A stretch of 64,000 nt of DNA, taken from Gammaproteobacteria bacterium. GTDB taxonomy: Bacteria > Pseudomonadota > Gammaproteobacteria > Arenicellales > JAJDZL01. The notes beneath the pieces are model-generated. The model ran no database searches, had not been told where the DNA came from, and saw only the letters and a list, made by a program, of their open reading frames with translations. Below, piece by piece: positions 56,166-64,000 of the stretch; positions within the stretch are counted from its first letter, which is position 1; the number at the start of each line of letters is the position of its first letter. The stretch covers positions 8,851-72,850 of the forward strand of contig JAJEHQ010000004.1 of assembly GCA_022823625.1 (NCBI GenBank), read 5' to 3'. The position numbers and the translations under genes are program-made.

Positions 56166-57551
56166 TCAACTTCTCGGCAGAAACGTGTTGGCATAGGCGT
56201 GCTTCGCAATTTGTCTGCCTGCCCACATTGCGTGATCGTGATCCAGTTTCCAGTGAACACCGCCGTAAATTCGGCTGAGTCCGTTTTCCTCCGCCATATG
56301 ACTCAAACTTGACCACCGGCGGGTTACACCAGACAATTGTGGCCACAACACTTCGTCTGGAGACCTGCCAGAAAAAGCAATTTTGTCCTGTCCGATCAGT
56401 AGACCGAGCATTTCCGCAGCCGTTGCTCCGAATGTGGAATGGCCAGACGTGTAAGCTGGAAATTCCGGTGTCGGGATATGGCTTCGCCAACCCGAATCCA
56501 GAAATACTCGAGGATCCGGATTATTGAAATCTTCAGCCATGACCCGAATGGCACTTTCAGGACGAATAATATCGTTGTGATATTTTGTATCCCAAGCACT
56601 GATCGAAGCATCGCATTGGCTCATTCCGAGCAGAGCGAATGCCTTGGCTAATTCAATAAACGGCAATTCTCGATGCTGCAATAATTGCATGCTGATATAG
56701 AGCATATGTCCCGGAGGTGTGATTCCCCAGGGGCCGTCTTCCCAAAACAACGCAATTTCCGATTCTTCAGCGGTTCTGGTTTCGCTGTGTGCCGCACCGA
56801 TGCGGCGCAATGTGTCGAACTCTTCTGCAAATTCCGGGCTTTCAGGGTCGTAAAAATCCGATAAACGAAACTGTGACCCACTCTTCATTGCCCACGGCTT
56901 GATTCGTCCGTGTCCGGGATACAAGCCCCGTGAGAAAGTTGAAAACGCTGGACCTGGCGTCGCACCGTAAAACGGTCCTGTTGGAATCCAGCAAAGAGCA
57001 TCTTGTCGACGTGGATAATCGTCAAGATAGTAATGTACTTTACTGGGTTCTGATCCGTCTCGAGTACGCTGATCAAGCACTCTGAAGGCCGCAGTTCGGC
57101 CCCATTCCACCCCCAGTGACTTTGCTTCGCCGTCTGCAAAGCGATTCAGAAATTCATTTCGTTCAAGAACAAACGGTTGCTGGAATGCTTCGGCTGCGGC
57201 GATTGAAAAAGCGACGCCGTAGGCAACTTCCGGGTGTGCGCCAGACGGACCGTCTCCAATTCGAAACGGCTCACTGTAAGATTTCGTAACACCGTTTGCA
57301 GCTAAAAAACCGGTAGCGGTAGATAGACCGTAGTTATACGCGGCACGGGGTGGAACAACTCGCTGATCGCGAACCTGTTGCAGGGTCGCATCGATCCAGT
57401 GAAAAACAGTATTGTTGTTTCCCGGTTCAAGGATTTGGGTTGTGTAGGAAGACCTGTGTCCGTGCTGCGCTACTCTCGGTGCAACACATCCGGCTAATGG
57501 CAAATACGGTACCGCTAAAGTTGACAGCCCGAGAAATTTTCTTCTTTGCAT
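56166..57551 (-). CDS. Vanadium-haloperoxidase / PAP2-superfamily protein, Tat-signal lipoprotein
   Basis: The three PAP2/VHPO motifs are present: KYHNDIIRP (Kx6RP), YTSGHSTFG (SGH), SRIYGGVHWKLD (SRx5Hx3D). The N-terminus is MQRRKFLGLSTLAVPYLPLAGC, with twin-arginine RRKFL plus the lipobox LAGC. Confidence 0.7.
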   Translation of the reverse strand: MQRRKFLGLSTLAVPYLPLAGCVAPRVAQHGHRSSYTTQILEPGNNNTVFHWIDATLQQVRDQRVVPPRAAYNYGLSTATGFLAANGVTKSYSEPFRIGDGPSGAHPEVAYGVAFSIAAAEAFQQPFVLERNEFLNRFADGEAKSLGVEWGRTAAFRVLDQRTRDGSEPSKVHYYLDDYPRRQDALCWIPTGPFYGATPGPAFSTFSRGLYPGHGRIKPWAMKSGSQFRLSDFYDPESPEFAEEFDTLRRIGAAHSETRTAEESEIALFWEDGPWGITPPGHMLYISMQLLQHRELPFIELAKAFALLGMSQCDASISAWDTKYHNDIIRPESAIRVMAEDFNNPDPRVFLDSGWRSHIPTPEFPAYTSGHSTFGATAAEMLGLLIGQDKIAFSGRSPDEVLWPQLSGVTRRWSSLSHMAEENGLSRIYGGVHWKLDHDHAMWAGRQIAKHAYANTFLPRS

Positions 57552-57993
57552 AGGTGTGTGTCTTTCGTGGTTCTTTATGTATTGACCATTAATTGTTTTG
57601 TCTGAACATGTTTAATCTCCAAAACGAGAAGGCTGACCATTCATTGATGAATAGCGACTCAAAAAAAATTCCTTATTTTCAACAGAAATTGGAAACAAGG
57701 AAATTGAAAAAGATTGCAAATATTATATTATTGCGTGAATGCACTAGAACCGGTTTCAGCGCACCCTGATCCGCAGATAAAAATCACACGAAAAGAAATA
57801 TCCTTGTATAAACATAGCTTTAGAAGTTTATCTTTCCACGGTTCACGTAGAGTCGACAACTGGTGCGGTGGGAAGTAGGACGCGGGGGAAAGTGTTGCTG
57901 GCAGTTTTCACCATAAGCTAGTGCCTCACTCGACACCGTATACTCTGTATCCAGTTTTATGCCGCTCATCAAACCAGACGTGCGGTTTTCCAC

Positions 57994-58621
57994 TCAGTTT
58001 GATTCGATCGAAAGAGTATCGATTGCGAACCAAAGGGAATCAAGAAATTCCATCAACCCTGCTTTTTGCTTCCACGGTTGTTTCGTTTTGGCCGGAGCAG
58101 CATCACAAAGCTCCATGGCCTCGCGCTTCTTCTCGAAATCGATTTCCGCATAAATATTGGTGGTGTCAAGACGGACATGGTCCAGCCAGGCACGGATTGT
58201 GTAGAGATCAACTCCCGCCGAAGAAGATGACAGACACTGCTGCGCCGGATGCAGTGTGGGGTTACTTTCCGATCGGCTAAACAGCCCACCTTTTGGGCAT
58301 TGCGTTCGACCAGACGATACACGCCGTAACGGGTGTACGGCTGTCTGCGCTGACTGACAAACAACATATCGGAAGGTTGTTTACATCCATCAGATGAGCC
58401 AGCATCTTTGTGGTTCTTGGCTACAGCGGGCATTACCGGACTTTACCACCTTTGCCGTGCAGTACAACCAGGGCATGCCGGTTATTTTGCTTATCCAGAC
58501 AAAAGTCTGTGACTCGTACCCGGGCAGCTTCCGAGACCCGCGCACCAGTGTTGTACAGAAACAGCAGCATTGCATGTTCGATCCAGCCACGATATCTTTT
58601 GACGTCAGTTGCCGCTATCAA
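57994..58621 (-). pseudogene. Tyrosine recombinase/integrase, 5'-truncated and frameshifted
   Basis: The catalytic-domain pieces lie in three frames: LLFLYNTGARVSEA...LHGKGGKVR, then LFVSQRRQPYTRYGVYRLV...VTPHCIRRSSVCHLLR, then AGVDLYTIRAWLDHVRLDTTNIYAEIDFEKKREAM (catalytic Tyr). The stop is at 57994-57996. Confidence 0.7.
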
Positions 58622-58659
58622 TGCTTCAATTTAGGACTTATGAACATAACTTGACAAAA

Positions 58660-59059
58660 TCAAGCAGCATATCTTCTTGACGGGTCATCTAGGTTGCCAA
58701 TGCAAACGCCTCTCATCCGTCCAATTGCCCGAGTCCCCAAGGCTAATCTATTTAATGCGGCATTGATGTCCGCATTGTCCGAGTGACCGCATGACACACA
58801 GTGAAACCTTGCCTGTGTCCTGCGGTTGTCCCTGTCAATGTGACCGGGTGTTACAGAAAAGTTGTTTCTGTTACCGCCAATCCGCTGTTAAAGGTCGCGC
58901 ATTCACCCGTTTTGGCTCCCCCAATGAGCACTTCCGACCCGAAGACCTGGCAATGCTCCGCCACCCCGCACGGTGGTAACTGCAACCGCTATGAGACGGA
59001 TCAATATGGGTATGCGCAAACACCAGTGTCTCACCGTATGCAACTGTGGATTCTCAGCA
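58660..59059 (-). pseudogene. TnpB/OrfB (IS605/IS607-type) C-terminal remnant
   Basis: Zinc-ribbon tail RRTQARFHCVSCGHSDNADINAALNRLALG in a 75-codon frame bounded by an upstream TAA. The upstream part is degraded. Confidence 0.55.
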
Positions 59060-59062
59060 TGG

Positions 59063-59137
59063 TCAGGCAGCTGAGACGAATGGCCCGCTACTGAAGACTC
59101 AGGCAACTGGACGGACAACTCGCTTGCTAGTTTTGGC
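59063..59137 (-). repeat. 75-bp IS-derived segment, copy B (inverted)
   Basis: Inverted partner of 54676-54753. It encodes ...PKLASELSVQLPESSVAGHSSQLPD versus ...PKLASELSVQLPASSVAVPLSSQLPD in copy A. Confidence 0.75.
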
Positions 59138-59262
59138 TTCCACTCGTCGGCAAATCAGCAAAAGCTCGGTGAGTTGCTGGAACAGTGTGTGCCGCCGAGG
59201 CCAAGGCGTATCAGGAGCAGCGGTGGTTCAAAGAGGCCCGCTGCAGTCATCCCTGTGTTTAA

Positions 59263-59442
59263 TCTGGGATCAATCATTTAGAGCACTGCGGACTGGACCG
59301 GGTCCGGGATCACGGCCGGCACGGATTTGCCCGCGCCGTGGCGCTTTCGGTACTGGTGGCCAACATCAAGCAGCTGGGCACGATCCTGCGCGACAGGGAG
59401 CGCAAAAGACTCGCCGGACGGCAGCGCCTGCACGCTGCCTAG
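59263..59442 (+). pseudogene. C-terminal fragment of an IS5/IS1182-type DDE transposase
   Basis: EHCGLDRVRDHGRHGFARAVALSVLVANIKQLGTIL matches the conserved ...GLDR.R.RG......V.L.V.A.N... tail. It is GC-rich, with a stop immediately upstream. Confidence 0.5.
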
Positions 59443-59815
59443 CCCGTTCACTCCCTTACTGGAACAAATATCCGGGAGTTCTGGAGGAACCGCTGTCGAC
59501 AAATTTCATGATTTTGTCTGATTGAGGCCGTTACCCGCCAAATTTCGCTCTGGCATCTGGTTGTTCGTCGTGTTCGATTTCACTGTTAGTCAACTTCGAC
59601 TGATTTCTCGGTTAAAATCGGATTGGGGGGTCTGGCAGACACTAGATATCATTTCACAGCCGCTGTTAAGTATGTTCAAGTGATTACCTTAATTCTGTAA
59701 GCGAGTCCCTGTTTGGCTCATAATTCTCTTCAGTGAAAATCAACAGAGCATCTTCAGCGAACGTGACTATGCACCTATATCTGCAACGAATCAATTCCGT
59801 CACCGATCAGATTCA

Positions 59816-60667
59816 ATGAGTTTGAAACTAAATGAAGGGTTCATCAAAACAGCAAACCTAAGACTGGGCGCGCTGATTTCCGATAACCGCGACGATCCGC
59901 CAGTGATTGCACTGCACGGCTGGCTCGATAATGCAGCAAGTTTTTCTCCGCTAGCGAATTTCTTATCCGATATTCGACTAATCGCGATCGATTTTCCTGG
60001 ACACGGTAAGTCTGAGCACCGTACCGGAGCCAACGCCTATCATTTTGTAGATTATGCTGCTGATGTCATTCTAGCAGCAGATGCATTGGGACTCGAACAG
60101 TTCACTATATTGGGTCACTCATTAGGAGCTGGAGTGGCAGCGATGATCGCTGCCACTGTACCCGAAAGAATCAAGCGTCTTGCAATGGTCGAAGGCCTAG
60201 TCCCAGTTACCGCGCCGCCAGAGAATATATCTGACCAACTTAGACGTCATATCAACGACACAAGGAAATCAGCATCGGCTCCTAGAATTTATGCGACTAT
60301 TGATGAAGCTGCCATCGCCCGAAAACGAGCGGGTGATCTATCAAGTTACGCTGCATCGCTTATAGCAACGCGCAACACTGTTGAAACACCGGAGGGCTAT
60401 ATCTGGCGGACTGACCGACGACTCACCATGCCATCTCCAGTCTACCTCACGGAAGATCACGTCCGCGCCTATCTGAGCAAGATCGAGTGCGATTCCCTGC
60501 TGATTCGATCAAACAACGGAATTCTAAAGCAGTGGCCAGATCTTGCTGGCCGAGAATCATATTTGCAAACTGCAAGAATCATTGATATTGAAGGGGGGCA
60601 TCACTGTCACATGGACGATCCTGAAAGTGTGGTCAAGCATTTGTCTCCGTTCCTCAATCGTACATAA
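59816..60667 (+). CDS. Alpha/beta hydrolase
   Basis: HGWLDNA oxyanion region, nucleophile elbow GHSLGA, and a C-terminal GGHHCHMD. Confidence 0.75.
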   Translation: MSLKLNEGFIKTANLRLGALISDNRDDPPVIALHGWLDNAASFSPLANFLSDIRLIAIDFPGHGKSEHRTGANAYHFVDYAADVILAADALGLEQFTILGHSLGAGVAAMIAATVPERIKRLAMVEGLVPVTAPPENISDQLRRHINDTRKSASAPRIYATIDEAAIARKRAGDLSSYAASLIATRNTVETPEGYIWRTDRRLTMPSPVYLTEDHVRAYLSKIECDSLLIRSNNGILKQWPDLAGRESYLQTARIIDIEGGHHCHMDDPESVVKHLSPFLNRT

Positions 60668-60753
60668 TTTCAGAATGACAAAAAAGTCAGATAAGCACAT
60701 GAGCGAAGTTCGCGTTAAAGGTCTTAGTTTTTGATTTCAGCAGGAAGAGATAT

Positions 60754-60900
60754 TTGAAAGCACTGTTCAACCGCATTGGCAGGAAGCGCTTTAGGAAACT
60801 TGGTATCGTCGTCTTTCTCTTTTTCCTGATCAAGGGTCTACTGTGGTTAATCGTTCCAGCAGTAATCATTTGGTTTGGATTTTTTGCTGACTCCACTTAA
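60754..60900 (+). CDS. Candidate 48-aa single-TM small protein (below the ORF-track cutoff)
   Basis: TTG start. A basic N-terminus (KALFNRIGRKRFRK) is followed by a hydrophobic helix (LGIVVFLFFLIKGLLWLIVPAVIIWFGFF). There is no other support. Confidence 0.2.
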   Translation: MKALFNRIGRKRFRKLGIVVFLFFLIKGLLWLIVPAVIIWFGFFADST

Positions 60901-61044
60901 TTTACCTTTAGATTGGAATCACCCAATCGCTAGGAATTATCCCGTGAACCGCAGCAGAACATCACTCTCTTGAATTCGGGCTAAGGGTGTCCATATATAA
61001 TTGAAATACCCAACCAACCTGAGCTTGAGTCCGAATTTGAGGTT

Positions 61045-61392
61045 ATGGCAGCAAAAAAGAAAAAGATGTATCGTGTCGTTTTTCACAACCAGTCGAAAGT
61101 GTACGAACTGTATGCCCGGCAGGTGTTACAGAGCGATATGTATGCATTCATCGAGATTGCAGACCTCGTCTTCGGTGAACAATCAAAACTCGTTGTCAAT
61201 CCTGGAGAAGAACAACTCAAGAGCCAGTTTGGTGGAGTCAGCCGAACGTTTATTCCAATTCATTCCGTGATTCGGATTGATGAGGTTGAAAAAGAAGGTG
61301 CGGCAAAAGTACACCTGACCGATGAAAAGGGCGTTGTAACACCCTTCCCGATTCACTACAAGCCGCCGCCTGAAGGGGTTTCAAGCGACTAA
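61045..61392 (+). CDS. DUF1820 family protein
   Basis: YRVVFHNQSKVYELYARQV...YAFIEI..LVFGE....VVNP.EE.LK..F.GV.RTFIP.HSVIRIDEV matches the remembered family pattern. Confidence 0.7.
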   Translation: MAAKKKKMYRVVFHNQSKVYELYARQVLQSDMYAFIEIADLVFGEQSKLVVNPGEEQLKSQFGGVSRTFIPIHSVIRIDEVEKEGAAKVHLTDEKGVVTPFPIHYKPPPEGVSSD

Positions 61393-61438
61393 TTGAAAAC
61401 TCGGCTTCAGTAGTGAAGCCATTACATGGTGTATTGAT

Positions 61439-61801
61439 TCAACTGAATTTTGGTGAGTCTTTTTCGTCTTTTTTTGGCGGCTCCAACTCACCCAAGGTCT
61501 GTATCGTCTGCTCAAGAAAGTAATCTTCTTTTCCGTCTTCCGGCCGACACAACTCATTCACACCGTGAGCGACTGAACGATACAACTCCTTTTGCTGTTC
61601 GTCTATCTTGCTGATGGCGGAAACCGTGTCGATAAAGTGACTGCGAACGTTAGCGCGATAGTCGTCATACTCTTGCTGTAGTGCAGCCAATTTGGCATCA
61701 CTGTTATTCTTACGGTTTCGATAGTTGGAGTAAACAAAACCGGCGATGACTCCAACTATCACACCTACAATAAGAAGAATCAATCCGCTGCCTGATTCCA
61801 A
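61439..61801 (-). CDS. YhcB/ZapG-like (DUF1043) inner-membrane protein
   Basis: N-terminal TM helix (LILLIVGVIVGVIAGFV) followed by a coiled-coil LAALQQEYDDYRANVRSHF. Confidence 0.7.
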   Translation of the reverse strand: MESGSGLILLIVGVIVGVIAGFVYSNYRNRKNNSDAKLAALQQEYDDYRANVRSHFIDTVSAISKIDEQQKELYRSVAHGVNELCRPEDGKEDYFLEQTIQTLGELEPPKKDEKDSPKFS

Positions 61802-61876
61802 CTGTTACCTGCCAATCTAAATTTGGAAATTCGTCAGTAAAAAAGGGGGCTGTGTTCCCCCTCTTTATACTCAATT

Positions 61877-63835
61877 TCAGACATTCGCCGCGGGGTTTGA
61901 AATTCCTATCGGTTCATCATCCGCATATTTGATCATCTGAACGTAGGGCTCCTTCCAGACTGTCCACTCGCCAGTCTCCCGGTCGAATTTCGAATTGACA
62001 AAACACTTCCAGTTTTCATCATCAATGTCCTGAAAGTCCATTCGATAGTAATAACCGGGATAACGCGTCTCTTCGCGAAACTGAATATGCTTCATATGAG
62101 CATAAGCAGTGATTAAGCGATGATAGTTTTCCCATGCTCTCAACAGTTCGTGGAGATCTTTCGCGCGCATTTTCAACGAGTCCTCACGCAACATTTCTAG
62201 TTTCTTTTCCGCAATTTCAAGCATTTTCGCATTCGTCTGGTACCACGTTGTCACACCCGCTACATATTCATCCATGATTTTCTGTAGCCGGAACTGGAAC
62301 ATCTTGGGTGTAATGTAATGCGGATTGATATCAATCGTAGTAGTGTAATCTTTATGTTCAAGATAGGTCTTGACTGGTCGATAAATCTCCTCAACAATTT
62401 CATCAATAGTTCGACTCAGCTCTGGTTTCCAGTCTTTGTTGTCCAGCGCGAACTTGACCATTGACTTGGCGGCGATTCGACCTTCTGCATGCGATCCGGA
62501 AGAAAATTTATGGCCTGACGCACCAACTCCATCACCTGCAGTAAACAGGCCCTTGACAGTTGTCATGCGATTGTATCCCCAGTGATAGTGATCGGGCGTA
62601 CCGGGCAAGTCTTCCGGTCCTGAGCACCAGATTCCCGCACAACCAGCGTGGGAACCGAGGAGATAAGGTTCGGTCGGCATCAACTCAGACATCTCCTTGT
62701 CCGGCTCAATGTTCTCGCCAGCCCAAACACCACACTGACCAATCGTCATATCCAGAAAATCTTCCCAGGCTTCAGCTTCAAGATGCTTGATTTCCTGAGG
62801 TGTCATTGTCTCCGCCAGCTTTGCCATTGCAGTTGGGGTATCGATGAAGATTGGACCGCGGCCTTCGCGCATTTCTTTCATCATCAAATGATTACGCAAA
62901 CACGTACCCATCTTCGGGCCATTGGCGTATTCATCGTAGCCGTGATCAGCAAGAATGGAGTAATTCTTCACCTGATAATCTTCACCATACGCATTCATCG
63001 CCTGAGCCTTGAACAGCAGGAACCATGCGCCCACAGGACCATAGCCGTCTTTGAATCGTGCCGGTACAAATCGATTTTCCATCAATGTCAGATGTGCACC
63101 ACACTCTGCTGCTATTGAGTAAGTCGATCCCGCATTCCAGACCGGGTACCAGGCACGGCCAGTGCCCTCACCCACTGAACGGGGACGAAAAACGTTCACT
63201 GCGCCGCCTGCGGCGAGTAAACAGCACTTGAACTTGTAGATGAATACTTTATTGTCGCGAACGCTAAAGCCTGCCGCACCCGCAACTCGACTGGGATCAT
63301 TAATATCGGAAATCAATTGCACGATAAAGACCTGCTCATTGATGTTATCGATACCCAGCGCTTTCTTGGCCGCTTCTGCAACAATCCACTTGTAAGATTC
63401 GCCATTGATCATGATCTGCCAGCGACCAGAACGTACTGGTTTACCACCTTCGGTCAACATCTTGCCTTCGTCACCTGACTGTTTCCAGATGGGCAACCCC
63501 CACTCTTCAAAATTGTGCACTGAATCGTCAACGTGACGACCGACATCGTAGACGAGGTCTTCCCGGATGATTCCCATCAGGTCACCACGTACATATCGAA
63601 CATAGTCAGCCGGATCGTTTTCTCCCATGTAGGTATTGATAGCGGAAAGCCCTTGTGCTACCGCCCCTGAGCGGTCCATAGCGGCCTTGTCAACAAGCTT
63701 GATGTTGAGGGCTTTGCCCTCTGCCCATCGCATAATTTCAAATGCGCAGCCGCAAGCGGACATTCCACCGCCGATTATTAGGATGTCAACTTCTTCTTCA
63801 ACTATTTCCGGATTACCGAACTCAAAGTCTGCCAT
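61877..63835 (-). CDS. aprA: Adenylylsulfate (APS) reductase alpha subunit
   Basis: DILIIGGGMSACG FAD motif, the AprA-typical RSGAVAQGLSAINTY and DYVRYVRGDLMGIIREDL, and a length of 652 aa. Confidence 0.85.
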   Translation of the reverse strand: MADFEFGNPEIVEEEVDILIIGGGMSACGCAFEIMRWAEGKALNIKLVDKAAMDRSGAVAQGLSAINTYMGENDPADYVRYVRGDLMGIIREDLVYDVGRHVDDSVHNFEEWGLPIWKQSGDEGKMLTEGGKPVRSGRWQIMINGESYKWIVAEAAKKALGIDNINEQVFIVQLISDINDPSRVAGAAGFSVRDNKVFIYKFKCCLLAAGGAVNVFRPRSVGEGTGRAWYPVWNAGSTYSIAAECGAHLTLMENRFVPARFKDGYGPVGAWFLLFKAQAMNAYGEDYQVKNYSILADHGYDEYANGPKMGTCLRNHLMMKEMREGRGPIFIDTPTAMAKLAETMTPQEIKHLEAEAWEDFLDMTIGQCGVWAGENIEPDKEMSELMPTEPYLLGSHAGCAGIWCSGPEDLPGTPDHYHWGYNRMTTVKGLFTAGDGVGASGHKFSSGSHAEGRIAAKSMVKFALDNKDWKPELSRTIDEIVEEIYRPVKTYLEHKDYTTTIDINPHYITPKMFQFRLQKIMDEYVAGVTTWYQTNAKMLEIAEKKLEMLREDSLKMRAKDLHELLRAWENYHRLITAYAHMKHIQFREETRYPGYYYRMDFQDIDDENWKCFVNSKFDRETGEWTVWKEPYVQMIKYADDEPIGISNPAANV

Positions 63836-63853
63836 GAGTAATTCCTAACGGAC

Positions 63854-64000
63854 TTAGTTTTGAATAAATTGACTCATATCACACGAGTGTGTTCCCTTGG
63901 TGAACAGCACTGAATGATCATCAATTTCGTTAAATACTGCTGAAGGTTTGTTGGCATAGGGTTCTGCCGACCCTTCTGGTGTCGTTCGAATGGGGAACTC
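63854..64000 (-). CDS. aprB: APS reductase beta subunit, C-terminal part (truncated by window edge)
   Basis: An open frame runs into the window edge and ends 18 nt before aprA. It contains FPIRTTPEG, which I recall from AprB tails. The call rests on position plus a short motif only. Confidence 0.5.
   Translation of the reverse strand, partial: EFPIRTTPEGSAEPYANKPSAVFNEIDDHSVLFTKGTHSCDMSQFIQN

Noticed and set aside
1-64000. CRISPR arrays, rRNA genes and long tandem repeats.
   Set aside because: A visual scan found no regularly spaced direct repeats, no rRNA-like conserved blocks, and no tandem arrays beyond the short repeats listed above.

Overview
This is a 64-kb chromosomal window with about 50 credible genes. 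All calls come from reading the ORF track and the DNA by eye. Family names rest on remembered motifs, not on searches. Host inference (weak): a gammaproteobacterium-like sulfur oxidiser, based on an E. coli-like tRNA-Lys, YhcB and DUF1820 genes, and aprBA at the right edge.

Main content:
(1) 0.2-3.6 kb holds a minus-strand operon. It encodes a GPP34/GOLPH3-like domain fused to a His-rich membrane module, an 11-site multihaem cytochrome c, and a DUF3365 haem protein. A decayed IS1595-family element abuts its start codon.
(2) 5.0-23.4 kb holds a sterol supercluster. Its parts are SdmB-like and SdmA-like C-4 demethylation genes, an ERG24-type reductase, CYP51, and a single ORF fusing squalene monooxygenase to oxidosqualene cyclase. 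It also carries two diverged sterol C-24 methyltransferase paralogs flanking a LolA-like gene, a tRNA-Lys(CUU), an RND/MMPL permease, and a second GPP34 domain fused to a full-length P450.
(3) 23.7-39.2 kb is mostly housekeeping: glcDEF, coq7, metY, a 3-hydroxyacyl-CoA dehydrogenase, MFS and MscS. A small MqsRA-like toxin-antitoxin plus HNH nuclease islet interrupts it.
(4) 39.4-43.0 kb holds a GC-rich IS1634-family element bracketed by an 11-bp direct repeat, plus an AAA/DUF4143 ATPase.
(5) 43-54 kb is housekeeping: DMT, SDR, DUF255 thioredoxin-like, rhomboid, MFS, DUF3179, MATE and gltA.
(6) 54.5-59.5 kb holds a porin plus a Tat-lipoprotein vanadium-haloperoxidase/PAP2-like cassette. It is embedded in mobile-element debris and bracketed by inverted ~78-bp copies of one IS fragment.
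(7) 59.8-64 kb holds a hydrolase, DUF1820, YhcB and aprA, with a partial aprB.

The most novel-looking signals are the two GPP34 fusions, the SQMO-OSC fusion and the duplicated SMTs.
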